From an uncultured Chroococcidiopsis sp. (lineage in GTDB: Bacteria > Cyanobacteriota > Cyanobacteriia > Cyanobacteriales > Chroococcidiopsidaceae), in assembly GCA_964248365.1 (NCBI GenBank), contig CAXTYC010000001.1:1-64000 (forward strand): DNA of 64,000 bases. Direction: 5' to 3'. The notes under the pieces are model-generated. The model was not told the origin of the DNA. It saw only the letters and a list, made by a program, of their open reading frames with translations, and made no database searches. Positions 37,029 through 47,949 of this stretch are shown piece after piece (within the stretch, counting starts at the first letter, position 1; every line of letters begins with the position of its first letter). The position numbers and the translations under genes were made by a program.

Positions 37029-37517
37029 TTACCCTTCTGGCTGTCTATGGCAGTGTGAATCTAAATAACCTAGCTGGCGACGGGCTTCAAATAAACTTAC
37101 TGCTACACTAACTGAAAGATTCAAGCTACGCACACCTGGTTGCGTCATAGGAATGTAAAGGCTGGCTGTACAAGCTGAGATTACTGCGGGAGGTAAGCCA
37201 ACCGTTTCGCTACCAAATAATAGCCAATCATCAGCTTGAAATTGGTATTGGATGTAGTTATATTCTCCCTTGACGCTGAAGCCAAGCCATCTGCCCCCAC
37301 GTTGTTGATGGTAAGTTTTGAAAATATCTAACGATTCATGATAGTGCAAGTTAACATAGCGCCAATAGTCTAACCCTGCTCGTTTCAGGTAGCGATCGCT
37401 AATTTCAAATCCCAATGGTCCGACTAGATGCAGCCCAGTACCTGTTGCAGCACAGGTACGGGCAATATTACCTGTATTTGGGGGAATTTGCGGTTCAATT
37501 AATACGATCTGAGGCAT
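37029..37517 (-). CDS. trmL: tRNA (cytidine(34)-2'-O)-methyltransferase
   Basis: PQIPPNTGNIARTC, KRAGLDYW, FGSET, RSLNLS SPOUT motifs. Confidence 0.93.
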   Translation of the reverse strand: MPQIVLIEPQIPPNTGNIARTCAATGTGLHLVGPLGFEISDRYLKRAGLDYWRYVNLHYHESLDIFKTYHQQRGGRWLGFSVKGEYNYIQYQFQADDWLLFGSETVGLPPAVISACTASLYIPMTQPGVRSLNLSVSVAVSLFEARRQLGYLDSHCHRQPEG

Positions 37518-37541
37518 TATCTAGTTAGTAGTGAGTAGGTG

Positions 37542-37622
37542 GCGGTTGGTAATTGGTAATTGGTGGTTGGTAGTTGGTGGTTGGTAGTTGGTAACGCCCA
37601 TTACCCATTACCCATTACCCAT
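37542..37622. repeat. STRR heptamer hairpin (GGTAATT/GGTAGTT)n followed by (TTACCCA)n
   Basis: Tandem heptamers followed by complementary heptamers between gshA and trmL. Confidence 0.8.
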
Positions 37623-37662
37623 TTTCTCGCTACTAGCCCAACAAAATAGTCACTACCTAATT

Positions 37663-38814
37663 TTAAGCAACCAAGGATGGACAAATTTTTTCTTCCAGTT
37701 CTAATTCTCGTTCTTGCATGGCATGGGTAGCTTGGGTGATAATCTGCCTAGCCTCAATACCACAAGAGTGTAAGCCTAACCACTGCTGGGAAGTATTGCC
37801 GTCTCGGAGAATTTTTTGCACTGGGGAGAGGAAACAGTTAAAGCCCCGTTGTTTTGCGATCGCCCAGACTTCCTGATAAACGTACTCAATCCAATCTCTT
37901 GCTAAAATCTTTCTACCGTCTTGCCAATGGGTTAATTCGGCATCTAGACTCTGACGAGCGGCTGCTGTTTCATTTGCGGCGGTAATTGCAATCAAGTCTT
38001 GGGCGCGGGTTGTGGCTGGTAATGTGCTTAATTGCAGTGGATCGAGTTTTGGATCTTCAAGTAGTTGTAAAATCCGAGCTTCTAATAAGGCGGTGATTGC
38101 TAAAAGAGAAATTGGATCAGTTACAAGATCGCAAATTCTTAATTCTAACCGATTTAAATCATAAGGGCGGCGATCGCCATTTGGTCTCACAGACACCCAC
38201 AAATGACGGACATTTTGCATTGTCCCAGCTGCCAGTTGCTCTTCTACCCACCGAATATGATGGGCGTGGCTTTCAAACAGGGGAACATGAGCCGGAGTTT
38301 GAGGGAAAACTCCCCAGCGGGTAGAGTGATACCCTGTTACTTTGCCATCCAAAAATGGAGACGAAGCACTAAGAGCAAGGTACAGCGGTGCTTCCACACG
38401 GATGAGACGACACGCTTGCATTAATAATTCTGGATCACTTATGCCAACGTTGATATGAACGCTAGCAGTGACGACTTTAGTACCGTAAGTCTTTTCAATA
38501 TAATCGTGATAGGGATTTTTGGGGTCAGAGCGGTAAAAGCGATCGCTTCTACCCAAAGACAAGGTGCTACCTGGAATTAGGGTATAATCGCCCAACTGCT
38601 TTAAGAATTTTCGTAACCGCAGCCGAGGACGTACTAACTCGCACAACTGCTTTTCATATTGCTGGGAGGGCGATGTCACATATTCTACATTGCGACTATC
38701 TGGCTCCCACACAAATCCATCTAGAGATGCAACAATTTGGTCGGAAAGCCCAACAATATCGCCCGATGGCGTTCCGGTGTACATCTCAATCTCGAAGCCT
38801 TTTGATAGCAGCAC
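37663..38814 (-). CDS. gshA: Glutamate--cysteine ligase, cyanobacterial type
   Basis: KGFEIEMYTG, EPDSRNVEY, ASVHINVG, NRLELRICDL. Confidence 0.9.
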   Translation of the reverse strand: MLLSKGFEIEMYTGTPSGDIVGLSDQIVASLDGFVWEPDSRNVEYVTSPSQQYEKQLCELVRPRLRLRKFLKQLGDYTLIPGSTLSLGRSDRFYRSDPKNPYHDYIEKTYGTKVVTASVHINVGISDPELLMQACRLIRVEAPLYLALSASSPFLDGKVTGYHSTRWGVFPQTPAHVPLFESHAHHIRWVEEQLAAGTMQNVRHLWVSVRPNGDRRPYDLNRLELRICDLVTDPISLLAITALLEARILQLLEDPKLDPLQLSTLPATTRAQDLIAITAANETAAARQSLDAELTHWQDGRKILARDWIEYVYQEVWAIAKQRGFNCFLSPVQKILRDGNTSQQWLGLHSCGIEARQIITQATHAMQERELELEEKICPSLVA

Positions 38815-38994
38815 GATTTTTTCTCCTCGGCTTTTGTTGAGTGATTAATGGTTACGCCTTCAAGTGTATCGAAACACACTGAATCTTTTATCTATCTTAA
38901 AGCGCACCAAGCAGAACTCAAATCTTGCACTACGCTATGACCCGCCTTAATGATTTTGGGAACCATAGATTTTAGAATTATCTTTAGAACAGTC

Positions 38995-39044
38995 TGCCAC
39001 CCATGCCCACCAAATATGATAATGGTGGGCATTGCCCACCCTAC
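38995..39044. repeat. GTAG-type REP/SDR doublet; related copies at 42387-42406, 44351-44403, 47976-47997, 55282-55303, 55894-55913, 59060-59108
   Basis: GTAGGGTGGGCATTGCCCACC and GTATGCCACCCATGCCCACC motifs recur in intergenic regions. Confidence 0.8.
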
Positions 39045-39272
39045 AAATTTCTGAAATAATTCGTAATTGTGTTGTTTGTCTCCTTGTCGGGTTGTCCTTT
39101 AGATGTCCTCTAGCAAAGGATTGGTTGTCTATCTTTATATAAGTTAATAATTTTTCATTTATTATTGTAATTTTCATACATTAATACTATTGAATACTGT
39201 TGCTGCCGAGTAGCATGGGGTAGCCTTAGACTTAAGTCTAAGGCTAATAGCAAACTAAAAAAAGCAATCTGC

Positions 39273-42259
39273 GTGATTTATATGCAATGGTTGGTTAATA
39301 AAAAAATTTCTCTAGGGTTTGCAGCAGCTTTAACAAGTTTGGCATTTACTGGAGTGGTTATAGGGCGAATTCCCTTTCAGCAGAGGGAGGCGAACCGCTG
39401 GGTAGAACACACTCATCAGGTATTGGCAGAACTCGAAACGACACTTTCTACGATCAAAGATGCGGAAACTGGGCAGCGCGGCTACCTACTCGTAGGTGAC
39501 GAACGTTATTTAGAACCTTATAAAACAGCTATTTCTCAGATTGATGGGCAAATCGAAAATCTCAAAAAACTGACGGCGGATAACCCCAACCAACAGCGCC
39601 AGATGGCAACTCTTGAGCGTGAGATTAATGCAAAATTGAGAGAACTTAAGGAAACTATCAACTTACGGCAAACAAAAGGTTTTGAGGCGGCTTGGCAGGT
39701 TGTCGTCTCTGATCAAGGCAAGCAGCAAATGGATAATATCCGTCGCCACATTGCCCAGATGAAGCAGGAGGAGAATCAGTTATTAGAACAGCGGACTAGG
39801 GAGGCTGAAGCTAGGGCGGCTGCAACGATACAGATATTTTTTATTTTAATGCTGCTGATTTTGGCGCTGACGTGTATAATATATTATCTGGTTAATAGTG
39901 ATATTACTAAACGCCACCTCGCTGAGGCAGCATTGCGAGAAAGTGAACAGCGGTTCTCCCGCGCTGTCTTGAATGCTCCTTTTCCAATGATGATTCATGC
40001 AGAAGATGGCGAAGTTGTACAAATCAACTCTGCATGGAAGGAAATGACAGGTTATTACCATGCCGATATTCCTACAATCGCTGATTGGACTCAAAAAGCC
40101 TATGGGCAAAAAAAGGAATTAGTCAAGGCACATATAGATAACTTGTACAGCCTGGATGGAAGTCTCAACGAAGGCGAGTACATTATCACCACCAACAAAG
40201 GTGAGAAAAGAACTTGGGATTTTAGTTCGGCTGCTTTGGGCAAGCTACCGGATGGCAGACGGTTAGTGCTGAGTATGGCAGCGGATGTCACTAAGCGCAA
40301 GCAGGCACAAGCAGCTCTACAAGATAGTGAAGAGCTATTTCGTCAGGTGGTGGAGAATATACATGAGATTTTCTGGATGACCCCTCCAAACCAGGAGGGT
40401 ATAATTTACGTTAGTCCTGCCTATGAAAAGATTTGGGGCAGAACTTGCGCTTCGTTGTACGAAGAACCGCAATCTTTTTTAGAGGCGATTCACCCAGAAG
40501 ATCGCCAGCGCGTAATCACAGGCTTTCCACAGCAAAAGCAAGGAGGGTACAAGATAGAGTATCGAATTTTGCAGCCTGATGGATCAGAACGTTGGATTAG
40601 CGATCGCGCTTTTCCGGTGCAAAATGAAAATGGAGAAATTTACCGCATCGTCGGTATTGCCGAAGATATCACCTCGCGCAAGCAGTTAGAAAATAAATTG
40701 CGGCAACAAGCCGAAGAATTAGTAACAGCAAACCGCATGAAAGATGAGTTCCTGGCGATCGTTTCCCACGAACTGCGTACACCCTTAAATGCCATGCTGG
40801 GATGGTCTGATCTAATTCGCAAAAAGAAGATGGACGAGGCTAGTGTACAACGGGCAATAGAGACAATTAACCGTAACGCTAAGGCACAGGCACAATTAAT
40901 TGATGATTTGTTGGATGTTTCGCGCATGATCCGAGGCAAGCTGAGCTTAGATGTTTGCCCTGTGGATTTAGTATCAGTGATTTCAGATGCGCTCAATACA
41001 GTGCGTCCAGCAACTGAAGTAAAAAATATTTCCCTTGAGTTTTTAGTTGATTCTGATTTGGAAGTCAGGAGTCAGGAGTCAGGTAGGGGCGGGTTTAACC
41101 AGGATATTAGTGGGACGACAAGCAGGCTAACAAACCCGCCCGTACTCAGGAGTCAGGAGTCAGGTAGGGGCGGGTTTAACCAGGATATTAGTGGGACGAC
41201 AAGCAGGCTAACAAACCCGTCCGTACAGGGAGAATTACAAACTGGCAATTCTTCTCCAGCCTCCCTTGGCTCCCCTGTTTCCATCATGGGCGATCGCAAC
41301 CGTTTACAGCAAATTGTTTGGAATCTGCTTTCTAATGCGGTCAAGTTTACACCCAAGCGGGGACGAGTTGAAGTGCGGCTATCGGTAGTAACAGGTAATA
41401 GTCAACTAATGGGTAATAAAGAACAGCCAAGCCAATCACCAATTACCAATTACCAATCACCAACTACCAATTACCAACTACCAATTACTTTTTACGCCCA
41501 AATCCAGGTAAGCGATACTGGCTGTGGAATAAGTGCAGAATTTTTGCCATATGTATTTGATCGCTTTCGTCAAGCTGATAGTTCGATCACGCGATCGCAC
41601 GGTGGACTAGGATTGGGACTTGCGATCGTGCGTCATCTGGTAGAACTGCATGGAGGAACCGTCTATGTAGACAGCCAGGGCGAAGGAAAGGGGACGACGT
41701 TTACTGTAAAACTTCCACTGTTGAAGATGAGCAGGGGAGATGGGGGAGATGGGGAAGCTGAGGGACAAGGGGACAAGGGGACAAAAAGACAAGGGGAAGA
41801 ATCAACAGTCGTCTTCTCCTTGTCCCCCCATCTCCTTGTCTCCCCCTCCTCTTCTAGCCCCTAGCCCCCAACCCCAAGCCCCTCACTTGCAAGGCTTGCG
41901 GGTACTAGTTGTAGATGATCAAGCTGACACCCGCGAGTTACTGGCTGTAGTGTTAGAAGAGTATGGAGTGATAGTACAAACTGTTGCCTCAAGCGCCTCG
42001 GCGCTTGAGGCGCTCAAAAATTTTAAGTTTGATCTACTGCTAAGTGATATTGGTATGCCCGATGAAGACGGCTACACTTTAATTCGCAATGTGAGAGCGC
42101 TGGAGGCACAAACAGGAGAAAAAATTCCCTCTGTAGCCCTGAGGTGCTTATGCTGGGGAGGAGCATCGCAGACAAGCTTTGTTAGCAGGCTTTCAACAAC
42201 ACCTACCCAAGCCAATTGATCGGGCTGCGTTGGTGGCAGTGGTGGAAAGTCTGAGTTAA
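39273..42259 (+). pseudogene. Hybrid sensor histidine kinase (CHASE3-PAS-PAS-HisKA-HATPase-REC) with repeat insertions; REC disconnected and frameshifted
   Basis: [11 protein letters not shown], two [30 protein letters not shown]; stop at 41864 inside an STRR; REC (VLVVDD, LSDIGMP) in another frame with a further shift at ~42143 before AYAGEEHRRQALLAGFQQHLPKP. Confidence 0.85.
41065..41226 (+). repeat. Two tandem 81-bp STRR+GTAG-REP units inserted in frame
   Basis: TCAGGAGTCAGGAGTCAG-GTAGGGGCGGGTTT...AAACCCGCCCGTAC at 41065-41145 and 41146-41226 (1 mismatch). Confidence 0.9.
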
Positions 42260-43379
42260 CGTGGGCTAAAGATTGGAAAAGATTTGGATGCGATCGCATT
42301 GCGTTGCCGCAGGCATCGCGCTGCCAACACAAAGCCCGCATCTGCGTATATGTCGTTGGGCTAACACCATTTTCCTCACCCTCAAAGTATGCCACCCATG
42401 CCCACCTTACTGGTGCAAGATCTAAGTAAAACCCATACTCTTGGGTTAAAACCTATACACAGTCTACAAATGCAGCCTCGTGCTATCAGCTAGCGAACTA
42501 ATTCCCTTGCAGGCGGATGGTGCTTTGAGGTGGGAAAAGGGAGTTTCAAGCAGTTATTGCAACAGATGCAATATTTCAGGATTGCATGACATTTTCTGCC
42601 AGCTTGTCTAATGTCTTTGACAAATATAGCAGGGAGTCGGGAGTAGGTTAAAAAGTCTTGCAACAATTGACTAATAGTAAATTGGCTTGTCTTAATCTAG
42701 CTACCCCCGCTATACAAGGCAATTAGTCAGAAAGGCACTGGTTAAACCAAATAATTAGCCAAATTGACAATTTTGACTAAATGTAATTAAAAATTCAGGT
42801 GTTTACAAGACCTCTTGCCTTAGTGCAGGAAGTCTCATAGTGTCGCTCATGTTAAAGGTTAAAGAGGCAAGGAAAATTCAATTCCTTTTACCGCAATCCC
42901 ATTTCCCTTTTTCCTACGAGGCAAGAAGTCCACACAGCTTTTGGTGGGTTATTTCTACTTTAGATGGTGGGTTATTTCTACTTTATTTGCAGGTTAATTT
43001 TTAGTTATTAGAGTTAATCAAACTAGAAAAAATTACTTTTAACCCTATAGGTTAAAGCGTAAATAATGTCAACAATTGATGTTAAGAAATACTAAATAAA
43101 TTTAAACTGAAATTACAACTAAAGACTGAGCAAATGTTCGGTAATCTACACCTTTAGTCCAGTGAATATTCTGATCGGTGATTGTTAAATTACTAATAAG
43201 TAGCAGGACATAAAAAACAGCCAATCCTATTAACTAATCAATTAATCTCAACGCCTTTACGGGAAGGGCTATGCAGCCCGTTTGAGGTTGCACCAGGGTT
43301 GGCTGTTTTTTACACTCGTCCAGATTAGATAGCAATCACCCTAAAAACAAATCGTTTAAAAACAACGGAGACGATTATT

Positions 43380-44273
43380 ATGAATCCAGATTCACAAGCT
43401 TGGAATCAGCAAGACGAAACTGTAGGCGCTGTTCCATCGGGGCAATTCTATGTTCGTGTAGCAGGCACAGGTATAGGTGCTGATTTGCCTCCAAACGAGA
43501 ATGTTGGCGTTCCGAGTGGTCAATTTTACGTTCGTCCAGCAGGTACAAACACTAACATTGGTAACACAAATATGGGTAACATGGGTAACACCAACATGGG
43601 TTCTGATTTATCCAGTGAAGACAACAGCCCTGCCAGTAAGCCTCAAGCTAATGGGCAGCCTGCAAGCAAAGGTAAAAATAATGCTTTAAATAAAGCACTG
43701 CTTGGAGGACTCCTAGGTGCAACATTGGGTACATTAGCTGCCGCTTTAGCTAATAAGAGAACAGCCCAGGGTGCTAACCACGCTGCCAAAGGTGTAGGAA
43801 AAGCAGTAAAGAGTGTATCTGAAGGTGTCAACCACGCTGCCAAAGGTGTAGGAGAAGCGGTAAAATCAGTAACTGAGGGTGTCAACTACGCTGTAGTAGG
43901 TACGGTAGTAGATACATTAAAAGATACAGCTGAGAGTGCCAAGCAATCTGTAGAAAGCGCAAAAGACCAACTGGGGCAAACAGCTAATTATGTCAACCCC
44001 GCAGACCAGCAATCTGGAGCGCAGACAACCTACGTTTTAATCCCAGTGGAGAAAGAGCGCGTTATTGAGCGAACCATCATTGTAGAAGAGCCTACAATGC
44101 CAGAAGCGAATGGTGGGGCAGACTTCAGGTCAGAAGATTTTGCCCAGCAGATGCCAGGTGATGATCGGACACCTCAATTTAACGATCAGACATCTCAATT
44201 TAACGATCAGACATCTCAATTTAACGATCAATCATCTCAATTTAACGATCAAAGACCTGACTTTCAGGGATAA
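43380..44273 (+). CDS. Glycine-zipper / LEA-like repeat protein
   Basis: GGLLGATLGTLAA segment, amphipathic AKGVGxAVKSV repeats, C-terminal (QFNDQTS)n encoded by 21-bp repeats; GGAG RBS. Confidence 0.7.
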   Translation: MNPDSQAWNQQDETVGAVPSGQFYVRVAGTGIGADLPPNENVGVPSGQFYVRPAGTNTNIGNTNMGNMGNTNMGSDLSSEDNSPASKPQANGQPASKGKNNALNKALLGGLLGATLGTLAAALANKRTAQGANHAAKGVGKAVKSVSEGVNHAAKGVGEAVKSVTEGVNYAVVGTVVDTLKDTAESAKQSVESAKDQLGQTANYVNPADQQSGAQTTYVLIPVEKERVIERTIIVEEPTMPEANGGADFRSEDFAQQMPGDDRTPQFNDQTSQFNDQTSQFNDQSSQFNDQRPDFQG

Positions 44274-44901
44274 GCCTTGAACAATTAGCTATTAGTGATT
44301 AGCTTTTAGTTCTTAGCTGGCGCGCTTTTTGTCCGTTGTCATTTGTACGAGTAGGGTGGGCATTGCCCACCAAATCTAATAATGGTGGGCATGGGTGGCA
44401 TACTAATGAAATCTAAAAGCTAATCGCTAACCGCGCGCCAGCTAATAGCTAATTGATGACGGGTTGCTGCAAATGCGTGGATTTAGAGATCGCTTTTAGT
44501 GAGTATGTCAAAGTCCACGCATCCAAAGTAGTTGATTGTCAAGGAAGAATTGATGGGTTAGTGAAAGCTCCATTAAATCAACCTTGAAGGAATAGTAGTT
44601 TTAAGCTTGGGATAAATGCAAAAAGATATTCCTAAATCGCTTCGGTTAACCTCCGTGCCTTACACATTTAGGAATTGCAAACATAACAATCAGTAAGTAA
44701 CAAAACACAATTTGTCGAGAGAAGGGAACAAAAATAATGGCAGGCTTCATGAGTGATTTGTGGTGCATAACAGATAATTGGTTTTGTTAAAAGCCTGCCA
44801 TTATTTTTAGACTTCATTGTAGTCCAGCTTAGATCTGTCAAAAGAAAAAACTTATAACTCTTTGAGCGTTCATCAGTTTTTGTACAAAGGAGAATACTAT
44901 T

Positions 44902-46131
44902 ATGGTAGAGAACGAGTATGTTTCGGATCAACATGACAATAATGTTGATCCGCTTGTAGATCAAACCAATGCTCAAACGATAGACACACAAACAAGCAAT
45001 GGGTTGGCTAGAGCAGCGATTGGAGGAGTCGTTGGTGCTGTATTAGGTACAGTGGCTGTAAGTTTGGCTAATAAAAGAACGGCTGAGGGTATTAACCGCA
45101 CTGTAAAAGGTGTAGGAAATGCAGTTAAGGATGTAGCCTCTGGTGTAAATGCCTCCGTCAAAAACGCAGTAGAAGCAGTCAAGGGTGTATCGAAGGGTGT
45201 TAGTGAAACTGTAGAAAGTGCAGCGAACACAGTTGGGGCTACAACTGAAGATATTAATAAAACTGTGAAAAATGCAGTCAATACAGTTACCGCCCCCGCC
45301 TCTAATTCCCAGCCCGTTGTAAACACTACAAAGGGTGTATCCAAGGGTGTTAGTGAAACTGTAGAAAGTGTAGCCAATACAGTTAGGGCTACAACTGAAG
45401 ATATTAATAAAACTGTGAAAAGTGCAGTCAATACAGTTACCGCCCCCGCCTCTAATTCCCAGCCCGTTGTAAACACTACAAAGGGTGTATCCAAGGGTGT
45501 TAGTGAAACTGTAGAAAGTGTAGCCAATACAGTTAGGGCTACAACTGAAGATATTAATAAAACTGTGAAAAGTGCACTCAATACAGTTACTGCCCCCGCT
45601 TCTGATTCCCAGCCCGTTGTAAACACTGCAACTGAAATTCAGGAACCCGCTTCTGATTCCCAACTCGTTGTAAACACTGCAACTGAAATTCAGGAACCCG
45701 CTTCTGATTCCCAACTCGTTGGTGAGCAGGGTGTGAGGGGATCTGATTATCAGGTGTTTCACTTATATGAAGAGCGGCTGGTTGCTAGCAAGAAACAGAT
45801 CAAGACTGGTGAAGTGGCGATCGCAAAGCACGTTGAAACGGACAAAGCCCGCATTTCAATACCACTGGACAAAGAGCGACTGGTTATTGAAAAGATACCT
45901 GTAAACGGTGGATCGCCAGCTGCTCCTGGTGAGGCAGACTTTTATCAAAGGGAATTGGTGCGGCTGGAAATTTACGAGGAGACACCTGACATTCAAAAAC
46001 AACTCTTCGTGCGTGAACAAATCAGCGTTCGTAAGGAAATCGAACACGATACTGTTGAAGTCGAAGATAACATTCGTCGGGAAGAGTTAGATCTAGATGT
46101 GCAAGACCGTAACATTCAAAGATCAAACTAA
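44902..46131 (+). CDS. YsnF/AvaK (DUF2382) domain protein with glycine zipper and LEA-like repeats
   Basis: C-terminal LYEERLVASK..GEVAIAKHVET..VREQISVRKE..IRREEL; AGGAG RBS. Confidence 0.85.
   Translation: MVENEYVSDQHDNNVDPLVDQTNAQTIDTQTSNGLARAAIGGVVGAVLGTVAVSLANKRTAEGINRTVKGVGNAVKDVASGVNASVKNAVEAVKGVSKGVSETVESAANTVGATTEDINKTVKNAVNTVTAPASNSQPVVNTTKGVSKGVSETVESVANTVRATTEDINKTVKSAVNTVTAPASNSQPVVNTTKGVSKGVSETVESVANTVRATTEDINKTVKSALNTVTAPASDSQPVVNTATEIQEPASDSQLVVNTATEIQEPASDSQLVGEQGVRGSDYQVFHLYEERLVASKKQIKTGEVAIAKHVETDKARISIPLDKERLVIEKIPVNGGSPAAPGEADFYQRELVRLEIYEETPDIQKQLFVREQISVRKEIEHDTVEVEDNIRREELDLDVQDRNIQRSN
45181..45720 (+). repeat. Intragenic tandem repeats: 3 x 150 bp, then ~2.5 x 51 bp
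   Basis: AAGGGTGTATC..GTTAGTGAAACT at 45181, 45331 and 45481; CCCGCTTCTGATTCCCA units spaced 51 bp. Confidence 0.9.
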
Positions 46132-46261
46132 CACACTATAAAACCCCTACATTGCACAAATAGCACTTAGCAATTTATCCGATTTCAACGGGAAAAAAAG
46201 GTATAGTCGCCGTCGTTTAACCAAATTGGAATTAATTAGTTTTGGTACAAAGGAGAAAATT

Positions 46262-46945
46262 ATGACCAGTGAGAACGAGCAGCTTTTGGTACGTGACGAA
46301 AATATTGATCCGATTACGGAACAACCACCTACTACGGCTGAAGATAATGCAGCTCCTGCAAACACAGGTAAAGATAATAGCTTACTTACAATAGGGATTG
46401 GTGCGCTTGTTGGTGCTTTCGTCGGAGCTGCTGCTACTGCTTTAGCTACTAAAGTTACAGTTGAAAGTGTTAACAAGGCGGTAACAGGTGTTGGAGAAAC
46501 CGTCAAGGGTGCAGCCTCTGGTGTTAACAAGACTGTAAAAGGTGTAGGAGATGCCGTCAAGAATGTAGCTGAGAATGTTAACTACACTCTCAAAGATGTA
46601 GGAACGACGGTTCAGGGTACAGCCTCTGATGTTAACCAAAATGTAAAAGGTACAGTAAACGTAGTCAAGGGTACTGCCCAAAATGTTAACTACACTGTCA
46701 AAGGTACAGCGGACGTACTCAAGAGTGCAGCTGAAGATGTTAGCCAGAATGTCAAAAGTACAGTGGACGCTGTAGCTCAAAGTGAGCCAGTTGCAGAAAA
46801 CAACGATACTAGCGCCCAACAGCCCAGCCAAACACAGACAGCTTACATTTTAGTCCCTGTAGACAAGGATAAATTTGTTCTGCAAAACGTCCCCATCGAT
46901 GGTGGAAAGCCAGTAATTCCTAAAGGAGTAATCGAGCAAGGGTAA
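46262..46945 (+). CDS. Glycine-zipper / LEA-like repeat protein
   Basis: GIGALVGAFVGAAA, 11-mer VNxTVKG repeats, QTAYILVPVDK shared with the 43380 paralogue; AGGAG RBS. Confidence 0.75.
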   Translation: MTSENEQLLVRDENIDPITEQPPTTAEDNAAPANTGKDNSLLTIGIGALVGAFVGAAATALATKVTVESVNKAVTGVGETVKGAASGVNKTVKGVGDAVKNVAENVNYTLKDVGTTVQGTASDVNQNVKGTVNVVKGTAQNVNYTVKGTADVLKSAAEDVSQNVKSTVDAVAQSEPVAENNDTSAQQPSQTQTAYILVPVDKDKFVLQNVPIDGGKPVIPKGVIEQG

Positions 46946-47031
46946 GCATATACACGTAAATGCGTAGGGTGCGTTACGGCATCGCCGTAACGCACCTCAA
47001 ACCAAGCTATAGATGGTGGCGCGGGCGATCG

Positions 47032-47949
47032 CTAAAGCCGATAAAGCCGATAAACTTCACTTGCAGCGCGGTGTAGCAACGAGTGCCGATAAACCAGTGA
47101 TTTCAAGTCATCTGCATAACCGCCACCGATTACACAAGCCACAGGATATCCGCTAGCAATGCAAGTACTCAAAACCTGCATCTCACGTCGGAAGATACCA
47201 GTGTCGGTGAGAGCTAATTTGCCCAAGCGATCGCCTCCATGAGGATCAACCCCAGCATCATATAAAACTAAATCTGGCTTGACATCTGATAATAAATATG
47301 GTAAATATTCTGCTAGAGTTTGCAGATATGCATCATCCTCCATCCCCACTGGTAGAGCAACGTCTAAATCACTCTTTTGTTTAGTGCTGGGAAAGTTGCG
47401 ATCGCAGTGCATCGAGAAAGTGAAAACACTTTCGTCGTCTTGGAAAATAAAAGCTGTACCGTCTCCTTGATGCACATCCAAATCGACAATCAAAACTTTG
47501 CCCACAAGATTTTGATGCAAAAGTAGACGAGAAGCGATCGCCAGATCATTAAAAATACAAAAACCAGAACCATAACTAGGAAACGCATGATGCGTTCCAC
47601 CAGCAGTATTGCAAGCCAAACCCTGACTTAGTGCCAGCTGTGCCGTCAAAATTGTACCACCTACCGCCACACAAGTACGATTCACTAGCGCTGGACTCCA
47701 AGGCAACCCAATTCTTCGCTGTGCCTTAGCATCTAGTGTGCCATCACAGTAAGCTTGAACATATTCATGAGTGTGAACTAGCTCAATCCACTCAAGGGGC
47801 GATCGCTCTGGCGTGTAAAATTGTTCTGGATCTGCCACTTTATCAGCCAAAAGTAGCTCATAGAGTTGCCCAAACTTCGCCATCGGGAAGCGATGACCAA
47901 CAGGAAGAGGCGCAACGTAATCTGAGTGATAAACCAGCGGTAAATCCAC
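47032..47949 (-). CDS. Histone deacetylase family protein
   Basis: HRFPMAKF, GGTHHA, GFCIFND, DLDVHQGDGT, GVDPH, IGGGY. Confidence 0.93.
   Translation of the reverse strand: MDLPLVYHSDYVAPLPVGHRFPMAKFGQLYELLLADKVADPEQFYTPERSPLEWIELVHTHEYVQAYCDGTLDAKAQRRIGLPWSPALVNRTCVAVGGTILTAQLALSQGLACNTAGGTHHAFPSYGSGFCIFNDLAIASRLLLHQNLVGKVLIVDLDVHQGDGTAFIFQDDESVFTFSMHCDRNFPSTKQKSDLDVALPVGMEDDAYLQTLAEYLPYLLSDVKPDLVLYDAGVDPHGGDRLGKLALTDTGIFRREMQVLSTCIASGYPVACVIGGGYADDLKSLVYRHSLLHRAASEVYRLYRL

Noticed and set aside
42942..42985. 21-bp direct repeat TGGTGGGTTATTTCTACTTTA x2
   Set aside because: It could be an operator but looks like a simple local duplication; no supporting context
45181..45720. Regularly spaced repeats as a possible CRISPR array
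   Set aside because: Units are contiguous, in frame and coding, with no unique spacers and no cas genes
44973..45762. Long antisense ORFs (217 and 239 aa) over the YsnF gene
   Set aside because: They are shadows of the 150-bp tandem repeats and biased codons of the plus-strand gene; no independent motif
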